Shown in pieces: positions 19,212 through 31,800 of a stretch of 64,000 nt of DNA. Numbering within the stretch: position 1 is the stretch's first letter; the number at the start of each line of letters is the position of its first letter. The position numbers were made by a program, and so were the translations under genes. The stretch comes from an uncultured Planctomycetota bacterium (lineage in GTDB: Bacteria; Planctomycetota; Planctomycetia; Isosphaerales; Isosphaeraceae). The notes under the pieces are model-generated. The model saw only the letters and a program-made list of their open reading frames with translations, made no database searches and was not told where the DNA came from. Location: positions 1,280,001-1,344,000 of the forward strand of contig CAWGMQ010000004.1 of NCBI GenBank assembly GCA_963823665.1, given 5' to 3'.

Positions 19212-22140
19212 CCTGTCTTACCGCGGAAGCGCTGGAACAGTTTCTGAGCGGTCATTCTCCGGACGCGGCGGCGGTCGAGGCCCACGTTTCCGTGTGCTCG
19301 GATTGCCGGTTGGCGCTCGATCAACTGTCCGATAAACCGGAGCTCAAACGCTGGCTGGAACGCGCTGTGGCGCTTCCCACCGAGGTGGCGGAAGACTCGG
19401 TGCTCAAGCAGATCCTGACCCAGCTCGGGTCGGCAGATGGCGATCTTCCGTTGCATGACAAGATACGCAAGCGGGAGAATCACTGGCACTCCGGCCGCGT
19501 GCTGGGCCAGTATCGCGTGCTGGAGGAAATCGGCCGCGGCGGGATGGGGGTGGTCCTGCGCGCGCATGACGAGCTGCTGGGCCGGATGGTGGCGCTCAAG
19601 GTCTTGCGCTGGCAGGAGAGCGATCCCAAGGCGCGTGCGAGACTGGTTCGCGAAGCCCAAGCGGTGGCGAAGCTGCGGCATGACAATGTTGTCACGTTGC
19701 ATGCCGTGGTCAATCCGCCGAATGACGCGCCTTATCTTGTGATGGAGCACGTCGAGGGGGGCACGCTGGCCGCCCTGATCAAATCGGAAGGACGGCTCGA
19801 TCCCAAACGGGCCGCGGCAATTGTGGCGGAGGTCGCCGATGGCCTGGAAACAGCACACGCCGCGGAGCTGATCCATCGCGATATCAAACCGAGCAACATT
19901 CTCGTCGACGCCGATTCGGGGCGTGCCAAGATCACGGACTTCGGTCTTGCCCGCTCGACAGAGCACAGCGGCTTGACCCAGGAAAGCACCGTAGCCGGCA
20001 CCCCCACGCACATGAGCCCGGAGCAGGCGCGAGGGAGCGAGGACCTCGATCGCCGGTGCGACATTTACAGCCTGGGCGTCACTCTTTACGAGGCGCTCAC
20101 GGGAACGGTGCCGTTTCACGGCGCGCCGCACATGGTGTTTCAGCAGGTGCTCGCCGAGGAGCCTCTCGCGCCGCGCCGGCTTAACGACAAGGTGCCGCGC
20201 GATCTGGAAACGGTCTGCCTCAAGGCGATGGCCAAGGAACCGGGGCGGCGATACCAGAGCGCGAGCGAGCTCGCTGAAGACCTGCGGCGCTTCAGGCGTG
20301 GCGAGCCGATCCACGCCCGGCCGGTGGGGCGCTTCGAGCGAAGTTTGAGCTGGTGCCGGCGCCGGCCCTTGGTTGCGGGACTGGTGCTTGCCTTGATGGT
20401 CGTCGTGATTGGAGGTGTGGCGGGGATATCCTGGAACTGGGCCGAGGCGGTGCGGCAGCGGCGGCGGACAGAGCTGGAGCGCGACCGCGCCCGGCGCAAT
20501 TTCCAGCAGGCACGCGAAGCGGTTGATACCTACTTGACGCAGGTGAGCGAGAACAGCGAGCTCAAAGAGCAGAACCTCGAGCCGCTGCGCCGGGAGCTGC
20601 TGCGAACCGCGCGAGACTTCTACGAGCGGTTCGTGCAGCAAGATCCCGACGACCCCGATCTTCAGGCCGAGCTGGGCAAGGCGCACGGGCGGCTGGGGCA
20701 AATCACTGCCATCCTGGAGTCGATGCCGAAAGCGCTGGCGCATTTCGAGAAAATGCGTGAGATTTTCGGACGCTTGCACTCGCGCTATCCCGGAAACTCT
20801 GCCTACCAGCAGGAACTGGCCGAGAGCTACCTTTGGCTGGGTGATTGTCAACGAACCGGCGGCGGGACAGGGGCTCAGGCGGTGAAGGCCTTCGAGCGCA
20901 GCCGCGCGCTGCAAGAGGATCTCGTCCGCGCCCATCCCGAGGAACCCACTCATCGCCATAACCTGGCCCGATCATTGCGTAGCCTGGGCCAGTTCGCTGT
21001 TTTCATGACTCATGACTTTGCAAACGCAGAAGAAGCCTTGCTTGCCGCGCGGGATATTTACGAACGCTTACCTTCGAGCTACCTGCAACGACCCACCGTC
21101 CAGTATGACCGTGCGCGGTTACTTTCGACTCTGGCCAAGCTCTACGCGCACACGGATCGCCCCGAAGACCATCGCGCGGCAGCGGAAGCGGCGATCGCCG
21201 CCTTTGAGCCTCTGTCGCTTTCTCACGACGGCAATCCCGATGACGTCTGCTATTTCGCCGATTCGCTCAGCGAGCTGGCCGATGCCTATCGACGGTTAGG
21301 ACAGCCGGATCTAGCGGAGTCGACGCTGCAACGTGCACTCCGTTGTGCTGAGGACCTGGTGCGCTTGCATCCTGCAAATGGCTACTACCAACATCTGATG
21401 GCGGATATCGCCTACAGTCTGGCATCGGTCGAGTTTCATGAGAGCCAGGAGCCCAAGCGGGCGCGGGCTTCGCTCGAGAAGGCGCTCGATATCGAGCTGA
21501 AGCTCAGCAAGAGCTACCCCGGCGCGAATGAATACGCCTTCTATCTGAACAACCTCCTTCGCGATCTTCGGGACTGGTTTGGCGACACCGCTCGCCTGAC
21601 CACCCTTTGCGAGCATTTCACGGCTGCGATTCAAGAACATCAGGCAAAGATGCCTGCCGGGACGCGCGTCGACGAGCACGTTGCACGCTGCTATGTCCAG
21701 CGCGCGGTGATAAACCATCTGCTGGCTCGCTATGGCGAAGCTCTTGCGGACATCAGCCATGTGCAGCCGGCGAATCTGGTTTCTGTCGCTTTCGCGCGGC
21801 GCAACAAGGCGATTATGCCGCCGCCGAGTCGGCAGCGAGGACTCTGGCCCAAAGCGAGGAGGGCACCGGAGCCTATCAGGCGGCGAAGGTGGGGGCTTAT
21901 CTGGCGTTCCTGATGCGGAACGATCGCTCCGTGCCCGCCGCGCAGCGTGAAGAACTTGCTGAAAAGTACGGTTCCGAAGCGGTCCAGTGGATGCAGAAAG
22001 CCCGATCGATGGCTTATCTGTCGTCGCCTTCCACTCGCTATCTGCTGACCGACGACCGTGACCTGGACCCGCTCCGCACCAGAGGCGATTTCCAGGCTTT
22101 GCTCGCGCGTCAGATGGAGAAGCCAAGAGCCGGGAAGTGA
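19208..22140 (+). CDS. Ser/Thr protein kinase with N-terminal zinc-finger, TM helix and TPR-like C-terminus, frameshift near 21790
   Basis: HVSVCSDC, GRGGMGVV, VALK, HRDIKPSN, DFGLA, GTPTHMSPEQ, TM segment after RRRP. C-terminus DRDLDPLRTRGDFQALL in ORF 21607..22140. Confidence 0.92.
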
Positions 22141-22178
22141 CGAGCGGGGCGAGCGCTCGACTCTCGCTTGAAGTCCCA

Positions 22179-22608
22179 GTGCGCGCACACCGGCCGTGCC
22201 GCCAAGAAGAAACGACCACTGCTCGATCTGTAGAAACTGGCGAGGTGCCTTTTCCGCCCGGCGCTCGAGGGCCTTGAGGAGCGTGTGGTTCTGGACGCCA
22301 TGGCCTGGAACGTGCCCACAAGCGGCAAGTTGTACACGCCGCCGGTGCTGAGATACTGCCGGCTGCGCGGGCTGCAAGACGCCGACGCCGCGGATGTAAC
22401 CCAGGAAGTGATGGCGCAGGTGGCACGCTCGATGCGATCGATTCGGTATGCACCAGTGCGCGGCCGCTTTCGCGACTGGCTGGGCACCATCACTCGCCGC
22501 AAGGTGAACCGTCTCGATGATGACCGCGATCTGGATCCATTGCGGTCCCGAAGCGACTTCCGGGCTCTGCTTACACAAGCGATCAATACGCCCGGAGCAG
22601 GGAAGTAA
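22179..22608 (+). pseudogene. Tri-chimeric relic: giant-protein leader + ECF sigma fragment + kinase C-terminus
   Basis: 22179-22332 resembles 34060-34216. 22331-22511 resembles 18682-18862. 22513-22608 resembles 22045-22140. Confidence 0.9.
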
Positions 22609-22639
22609 GGGTTGGCTCCCGCACTCGAATCCGTCGAAT

Positions 22640-22783
22640 CTGAGCGTTTTGGTAAACGCTCAGGAAAGGTCGATCGGCGGCGCGGCAATTTATTGTTGGA
22701 GTTGCGTCCGATCCCGATCGGGCCCCTCGCTCGGGGGCGTTGTTCGCGCTGCGCACTCGGCCGGCTGCCGCACCGCAGCCGGC
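22640..22783. promoter_or_regulatory. Palindrome-rich leader upstream of giant gene 1
   Basis: Perfect stems CTGAGCGTTT-tggt-AAACGCTCAG (22640-22663) and GCCGGCTGC-cgcacc-GCAGCCGGC (22760-22783). Function unknown. Confidence 0.35.
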
Positions 22784-22835
22784 TACCTGGTTATGGGCGA
22801 TTGAAAATCGCGATTTCTGCTGGGGAGTTTACACG

Positions 22836-25800
22836 ATGTCGTCATTCCGGCCTGGCCGTCGTCCCGACCCTGTGTCCCGAAACCGTCGCCGCTCGGCTGG
22901 CTTGAAAGCCGTCCGGCATAAGCCGGCCCTGGAGCGGCTCGAGAGTCGCACCCTCCTGGCCACCGACGTCTGGACCGGTGCCGTCAATGCGAGCTGGAGC
23001 AACGCGGGTAACTGGTCTCTGGGCCAGATTCCCGGCACAACCGACACGGTCGAGTTCCAGAATGGCCGGACCATGGCGACCGTGGATACCAGCTTCACGA
23101 TCGGTGCGCTCGAGATCGAAAGCTCCTGGGGGGGAACGCTCAGCGTCAACAACTCGCTGGCAATCTCAGGCAGTTTCACGATGGCCAGTGGCGTCTTGAC
23201 CGTGGATGCGCCGATGTCGATCGGCGGGCCCGCCAGCTCGTGGACAGCCGGTGGCATCGACCTTGTTGCCGGCCAAACCCTGACCAACAACGGCACCTTG
23301 ACGATCGATCCTGGCTCCGGTGGGCTCACGATTTCCGGCGGTGGCACGCTGTCGAGCGCAGCCACAATCGACCAGGGCGGCACCGGCAATCTCGCCTTGT
23401 CCGGCGGCACGACGATCAATAATGAGAGCGGAGCGACCTACGACTTCCAGGCGCAAGGCACCTTGTCCGCGTTCGGCAACGGCTCGTTCACCAACGCGGG
23501 AACGTTCAGCTACAGCGGCGACGGCACGCTCACGTTCAGCACCCCGTTCGTCAACCAAGGGGGAACCATCGATGTCGCGAGTGGCACGCTGTCGATCCAG
23601 AGCACCAACACCCACTGGACCGGCGGTGCCACTTTCGACGCCGCCGCAGGCGCCACGCTGCAACTGGCACCGGCGGCAGGCGGCGACGACGGCATCCAAT
23701 TGTCGGGTACCTACACCGGCTCGGGCGCGGGCGCCGTCGAGCTGACCACCGGTGGTCTCGAGATTGGCAGTAGCGGCGCGACCTTCGACTTCCCCCAGGG
23801 CCTGTTCCAGTGGCAGGGCGGCAGCATCAACGTCGACCTGGAGGGCACGCTCTCCAACATCGGCTTTCTCACTCTGAACAATTCCAGCGTCGTCACGCTC
23901 TCTACGGAAGCTGCCCCAGGCGACATGATCAATACGGGCGAGGTGGACCAATCCGGCGCCGGCAATTTGACGCTCTTCAGCGGGACCTTCGATAACCAGG
24001 CCGGAGGCACTTATGACTTGAGCGGCACGGGCGGCGTGACGGGCGCGGGCACGTTTGCCGATGAAGGCACCATCAAAATGACGGGAAGCGGCACGGCCAC
24101 GCTTTCCGTGTTCTCCGCCTTGAACGCCGGCACCATTGACGTAGCGAGCGGCACGCTGTCGATAGCGAGCGTCGACAGCCACTGGACCGGCGGTGGCACC
24201 CTCGACGCCGCCCTAGGCGCCACGCTTCAACTGGCACCGGCGGCAGGCGGCGACAACGGCATCCAATTGTCGGGTACCTACACCGGCTCGGGCGGGGGCG
24301 CCGTCGAGCTGACCACCGGCGCTCTCCAGATTGGCAGCAGTGGGGCAACCTTCGACTTCCCCCACGGCTTGTTCCAGTGGCGGGGCGGCAACATCACCCT
24401 CGACCTGGGGGGCACGCTGACCAACACCGGCTTCCTCACACTGAACAATTCGGGCGCCCCATCACGCTCTCTACGGAAGCTGCCCCAGGTGACATGATTA
24501 ACACGGGCGAGGTGGACCAATCCGGCGCCGGCAATCTGTCGCTTTTCAGCGGAACCTTCGACAACCAGGCCGGAGGCACTTATGACTTGAGCGGCACGGG
24601 CGGCGTGACGGGCGCGGGCACGTTTGCCGATGAAGGCACCATCAAAATGACGGGAAGCGGCACGGCCACGCTTTCCGTGTTCTCCGCCTTGAACGCCGGC
24701 ACCATTGACGTAGCGAGCGGCACGCTGTCGATAGCGAGCGTCGACAGCCACTGGACCGGCGGTGGCACCCTCGACGCCGCCCTAGGCGCCACGCTTCAAC
24801 TGGCACCGGCGGCAGGCGGCGACAACGGCATCCAATTGTCGGGTACCTACACCGGCTCGGGCGGGGGCGCCGTCGAGCTGACCACCGGCGCTCTCCAGAT
24901 TGGCAGCAGTGGGGCAACCTTCGACTTCCCCCACGGCTTGTTCCAGTGGCGGGGCGGCAGCATCAACGTCGACCTGGGGGGCACACTGACCAACACCACT
25001 ACCGGCTTCATTGGCGTTGATCCCGGCAGCGGCAACTCCGTGGCGATCATGTCGGGCGCGTTAGCCCTCGGCGGGACCATCAACGTTGAGAGCGGGACGC
25101 TGCTTCTGGAGGCCGCCTCGGTGACGGGCTCGGATGTCTCGTTCACGGTGGCCGCAGGGGCGACGGTCAATCTGAGTGGGCCGGCGTACACCGGCAGCTT
25201 TACCGGCTCAGGCGGCGGAACCGTCGGCTTCGGGACCTTGTCCGTCGGAAGCGGTGGGGCGACGTTCGACTTCCCGGCGGGCATGTTCCAGTGGGACGGT
25301 GGATTCGTCGACGGCCCGGGCTCACTCACGAACAGCGGCGCGATGACCCTCGATGGGGCTGGCGACAGCTTGGAAAGCGGAGTCGTTCTGGTCAATAGCG
25401 GGACACTGACGGTCAGCGGCGATGGCGAGACCCTCGCCGGGGGGACGGTGGACAATTCGGGTTCTCATCATCGACAACTGCACCGCCCCGTGGGTGCTGA
25501 ACGACGTTCTCGTGCTGCAAAATGAGTCCGGCGGCACCGTCGACATCAACAGCAATCAATCCATCCAGGCCGGCGGCCTCGGCGGAGGCACCATCGAGAA
25601 CGAGGAAGGTGCGACATTCCAGGTGAACAGTCCGGCCCCTTCCATATCGGCTGCATTTGATGAACAAGGAGGGACCATCGGGGTGAGCTCCGGAACAACC
25701 TTCACCCTCGCCGGCGGCGGCATCGGCACCGGCGGCATTTTCAGCGTGAGCGGGTCGTCATCCATGCTCGTTCTGGGCATTAATGGCTTGCCCCTGAACC

Positions 25801-28800
25801 TGAGCGGCACTTACACCGGCACAGGCTCAGGGACCGTCGCGATCACGGCCGACAACTCACTGATCTTCGGTAACACCGGCGCGACATTCAACTTCCCGGG
25901 CACCATGCTCCAGTGGACTGCCGGCGGCATCCAAGATATCAGCGGCGGTGACCTGACCAACCTGGGCACCATCACCTTCGCCGGCACGGCTGCCAAGTTC
26001 TTCGGCGAGGGTTCGACCTTGGAAAACAAGGGAACGATTATCCAGACGGGCACCGGCAACCTCGAACTATCCAACGACAATCCCGACTTTCCCACAACCC
26101 TGCAGAACGACGCGGGTGCGCTTTACGAGATCGAGGGCGACTCGAGCATCGTGACCAACGGAGCGAAAACCGCGATCGACAACGCCGGAACCATCGAGAA
26201 GACCGGCGGGACGGGGACATCGACAATCGCAGTCGACGAGGGATTCAGCAACACGGGCACCATTCTAGCCGACTCGGGCACGCTGGCCCTATCGGCCACG
26301 ATCGCGCAAGTCTCCGGCAGCACGCTCACCGGGGGAACCTGGAACGCCCTGGGCGGCTCGACGATCCAGTTTCCGACGGGCACCAGCTTGACGACTAACC
26401 AGGCCCGTGTGACGCTCGGCGGTGCCGGTGCCAGCATTCCCGCCCTTGCGAGCCTCGCGAGCAACTCCGGCAGCTTGACCGTGACCGGCGGGGCGACGCT
26501 CACGACCGCGGGGAATCTTTCCAACACGGGCACCGTGACGGTCGGCCCAGCCTCGACGCTGAATGTCGGCGGCACCTTCACGGAGGGCCCCACGAGCACG
26601 CTCGACCTCGACTTCGGCGGCAGCCCCGCGAGCGGGCAGTTCGGGCAACTGGCCGTCACGGGCTCGGCCGCGCTCGGGGGAACGTTGCAGTCCGAGTTCG
26701 TGAACGGCTATGCGCCGACCGTCGGCGACAGCTTCAAGATCATCAGCTTCGCGAGCGCGACCGGCAAGTTCGCGGCAACCAATTCCCCGGTTTTTCGCGG
26801 CGGCAATGTCTTCCAGTTCCAGACCAATGCCACCAATATCACGTTCACAGCCGCGACGTCGGTCGCCGAGCTCGGTGTGACCAGTGTCACTGCCAGCCCA
26901 AGCTCGGTGCAGACCGGCCAAGACCTCACCGTGAATTACTCGGTGCAAAACACCGGCAACGCAACGTCGGTCAGCTCCTGGGTCGATTCGGTGTTCCTCT
27001 CGTCGGGCCCCGCGATCAATGCGTCGGCCGTGCTTTTGGGCCAGGTGACTCACACCGGCAGTGTCGCCGCGGGCGGCACTTACTCTGGTACTCTGACAGC
27101 GGCCGTGCCCGCCGTCGCGCCCGGGAGTTACTTCATCGTCGTCGAGGTCGACAGCCAGGGCTTTGTGGCCGAGAGCAACCGGGCCGGCAACGTGCTGGCC
27201 ACGACGTCGCCCGTGCAGGTGACGGTTCCGGGCCTGGCCCTCGCCGCCGCCGGCGCCACGCCCACACCCGCCACCGGCACGCTCGCCGCAGGGCAGAGCA
27301 CCGCTTTTCAGCTCCAGGTACCGGCGGGGCAGACCGTGCAGATCTCCGCGGGCTTCAACACGGCCAGTGCCGGCGAGCTTCTGGTCGGCTACCGCGCGGT
27401 GCCGACCCAGGCCGCCAATCTGGAGCAAGCCTTCGTTCCGGGACAAAGTCAGCAGCAGGTCACGCTCTCGAACACCCAGCAGGGAACGTACTATGTCGTC
27501 CTGCTCGGAGAGCCGGGCGCAGGCTCGGGCGCGCCCTTCGTTCTCACGGCGCAAGAGCAGCCCTTCGGCATTGATTCCTTCACGCCGGGCACGGGCAGCA
27601 ACGCCGGTGCCGTCACCGTCGCCCTCACCGGTACGCTGTTCACGCGCGAGACGACCGTCAGCCTGGTGGCACCTGGCGGCACGGCCACCCCGGCGATCGG
27701 TGTCACGTTCCAGAACAGCACGACACTCGAAGCCGCCTTTAACCTGACGGGGCTTTCGGCGGGATCATACCATCTGCGGGTCCAGAACGGTGCGCAATCG
27801 TCCACCGCGACGGCGCCGTTCACGGTCACGACGGGAAACCCCGGCCAGCTCGCGCTGCATCTGTCGGTCCCAAGCGCGTTCCGGCCTGGCCGGCCGGTGA
27901 CCGTGACGGTCGAATACGAGAACACCGGCGACACGGACATCCCGGCACCGCTCCTGGAGCTCTCCGCCGACACGGGCGAGCTCGAGCTGAACGGACAAGC
28001 CAACTTCACGACCACCGGCTCAGAGAGCGGCGGTCCGAATGTCGCATTCCTGGGAACCAATCCCGACGGACTGGCCAGCGTCTTGCCGCCAGGCGCGCAG
28101 GGCCAGGCCACCTTTACCTTCGTGGCCACGGCCGCCGGCACGGCCAATTTCCAGATCGAGCAAATCGTCTCCGGCGGCATCCTCGCCTGGACCACGCTGG
28201 AAAACTCGCTGCGGCCAGCGGGAATCGCTCCGGCAACCTGGAGCGTCATCTTCAACAACTTCCTCGACGAGATCGGGGATACCACCGACCAGTACCAGCT
28301 CGTCATGCTGGAAGACGCCGACTACTTCCAGTCGATCGGCGAGCCGACCCAGGACGTGAGCCGGCTCTTGAACTTCGAGCTGGAGCAGGCCGGCGACTAT
28401 GGCGCGATCGCCGAGCGCAACGTCTCGGCGCGTTTGGCCTGGGCGTTCCCGACACGGTCACCAACGTCGCCACCACCGATCCGACCACGGGCGACGTGAC
28501 GATCCAGTTGGGCGGCGGCATCCGCCATTTCACCAAGCTTCCCGACGGTAGCTACCAGTCTCAGCCCGGCGACACCGGCACGCTGACTCTCACGGCCGGC
28601 GCGTATCAGGTCCACGAGCTGGACGGCACCTTAACGCAATTCAACTCGAGCGGCACGCTGGCCTTCATCGAGGCACCCGACGGCGAGAAGCTCACCGCCG
28701 GCTACAACGCGCAGGGCTTGCTGGCGACCCTGACCGATTCGTTCGGCAACGTCACCTCCTACTCCTACAACGCACAGAAGCTGGTCAGCCAGATCACTTC

Positions 28801-31800
28801 GCCCACCGGCCTCGTCACGTCATTCACGTATGATGCCGAGGGCCGGATGGCGAGTGTCACGACCGCAACGGGCACAACATCCTTTGGCTACATCACCGAT
28901 CCCGGCTTCGCCGACAACAACGCCCTGGAAGAAATCACGATCCCCACCGGCAGTAACGAGTATTTCGTCTATGACCCGCTCGGGCGGCTCATTGAAACAT
29001 TCGACGACGACGGCACCGACCGCGTGGGCTACCAGTACGACCTGGCACCCGGAGAAATCCAGGTCAGCAATGCGGTGGGCGACACGGCCAGCTATTTCCT
29101 CGACGATTCGGAGCAAATCGCCCGCCTGATCGACCCGCTTGGCAATGTCTACCAGACGCAGTTTGATTCCAACCATAACGCCATCGGCGTCTCGCTGCCG
29201 GAGAACCTGACGGCAACGCTCGAGCGCGACGGCCTGGGCGACCCGACCCAGGCGACCAACCCGCTGGGCGCGACCACCAGCTTCACCTTCGGCAACGATA
29301 ACGAGCCCACCAGCATCACCGACCCGAACGGCAACACCTACAGCGACACTTATGACGCCACCGGCGACCTGCTCACTGCGGCGTTCCCCGACGGCACCGC
29401 TGACACCTACACGTATAACACCAATAGCCTGCTTGCAACGGCCGCCAACCGGGCCGGCCAGACGATGAGCTACACCTACAACACCAACGGCACGCTCCAG
29501 AGCGAGACCGTGCCCGGCGTCGGCACTTATAGCTACACGTATGATTCCCACCAGAACCTGCTCACGGCCACCGACCCGACCGGAACGACCACCTACACGT
29601 ATAACTCCGCCAACCAGATCACGAGCGTCACCTACCCCGGCGGCCAGGAGCTGACTTTCATTTACAATGCACAGACCGGCCAGTGCACCAGCATGACCGA
29701 CGTCGCGAGCGACTACACAGTCAATTACAGCTACAACACGCTGGGGCAGCTCTCGCAGCTTAAAGACGGTAACGGCAATGTGCTCGTTACCTACGCCTAC
29801 AACGACGCCGGCCAGCTTGTGCAAGATACGCTCGGCAACGGCACTTCGAGCACCTACACCTACGACGCCGACGGCGATCTGCTCAATCTGACCAATCTTG
29901 CCGCTAACGGCACGACGGTCCTCTCGAGTTACAACTACACCTACAACAGCCTGGGCGATCCGCTCAGCATGACCACTGCCGCCGGAACGACGACCTACGG
30001 CTACGATGCGGGCGGCGAGCTTACCTCAGTCGACCTGCCCGGCGGCCAGACGATCACGTACGCCTACGACGCCGACGGCAACCGCACGAGCGAAACCGAC
30101 AGCACGGGCGGAACGACCTCCTACACCGCCAAAAGCGACGACGAGTACACCTCAGCCGGCGGTACGACGCTCCAGTATGACGCCAATGGCGACCTGACCT
30201 TCGACGGCACCAACCACTACACTTACAACGCGCTGGGCGAGCTGACCAGCGTGCAGACGCCGACCGACCTGTACACGTTCAGCTACGACGCGCTCGGTAA
30301 CCGCGTGGCGATGACCGACAACGGCACGGCGACGTCCCTGGTGGTCGACCCGGCGACCGGCAGCTTGGCGGCCCAGGTCACCGGCGGCCAGACGACTCAA
30401 GTTATCTTTGGGCTTTCGCTCGTGGGACAAATCTCGAGCGCGTCGAGCCTCTATTATGCCTTCGACGGCACCGGCAACACGTCGGTGGTCACAAGCGCCA
30501 GCGGCGCCGTGCTGGACACGTACAGCTACTTGCCGTTCGGCGAGTCGCTGAGCACGACGGGCACGACGGACAACCCCTTTACCTACAGCGGCGCCTATGG
30601 AGTGATCAGTGAGCCGGGTGCGTCGGCGACAAGCGCCTTCGACCTGATGACCAACCGGGCGTACGACCCGGCGCTCGGCCGCTTCACGTCTCCCGACCCG
30701 ACCGGCTTCGATGGCGGCGACATCAATCTTTACGTCTACGCCGGCAACAGCCCGGTGGCGGAGAGTGACCCGCTCGGGTTGTACGACCTCAAATCCTCGA
30801 CCGTACTCAGGCTCCAGGGCGATGCCGGTGACGCACTCGCCGAAAGCGGGGCGCTCGGTGGGACTGCGCCGGCCCTGAGCGGCGACGCGGGCGGGATCAT
30901 CGCCCAAAGCGGGCAGCTCGGTGGGACTGCGCCGGCCCTGAGCGGCGACGCGGGTGAGATCGTCGCCCAAGGCGGGCAGCTCGGTCTAGGCGGGCCGGCC
31001 CTGAGCGGCGACGCGCGCGAGATCATCGGCCAGGGCGGGATACTCGCGGGAGGCGAGCCGGCCTTCAGCGGCGACCCGGGCGAGATCATCGGCCAGAGCG
31101 GGCAGCTCGGTGGGACTAATCCGGCATTCAGTGGCGACCCGGGCGAGATCATCGGCCAGAGCGGGCAGCTCGGTGGGACTAATCCGGCATTCAGTGGCGA
31201 CGCGGGCGGTATCACGGGCGGCGTCCCCTTTATCGATGGTGGCGTGCCCGACCCGGGCTCCGGCGATGGCGGCGACGACGGCTTCAACAGCACCGGACCG
31301 GGTGACGACCCGCAACTGTCTGCGCCGCCGCCCGAGTTCCCGTGCTGCTCGCTGGCCCAGGCCGGGAGTCTGGGCGGCGGCGAGCCAGCGGTCGAGCCGG
31401 ACCGTTCGCTCGTTGATCCGCCGCCGCCTCTGGCGTCCAACCAGACGCTCCTGGCCAACGGGGTCATTGTAACCACGCTCGCCGACCCAGGCCAAACCTT
31501 GCTCTTTCCCAAAGGCGAGGTACTGACCCTGAACGCCCAGGGGGGAATCATTGAGGTTCAGGTCGGGAACGACACCATCACCTTCGGCGGCGAATTCACG
31601 AACGCGACCGTGACCGAGGACGGGTTCACGTTCGAGGCCTTTGTCGACGGCAGCTTCACGGGCCCCAACGGCTTTGAGCCCGGCGAGATCTCGAACACGC
31701 AGTCGAATCCCGACGGCACCAAGACGATTACGTATACCAACGGCACGACGGAAAACGTGATCAACGCGAGCGGGGTGGCCACGTTCGGCTATCCCGGTAC

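Noticed and set aside
22331..22511. Diversity-generating retroelement TR/VR pair with the sigma gene
   Set aside because: Differences are not adenine-specific and are mostly synonymous. No reverse transcriptase is in the window.
30818..31219. CRISPR-like or non-coding periodic array
   Set aside because: The 63-bp period is a multiple of three, lies in frame within the RHS gene and has no unique spacers.
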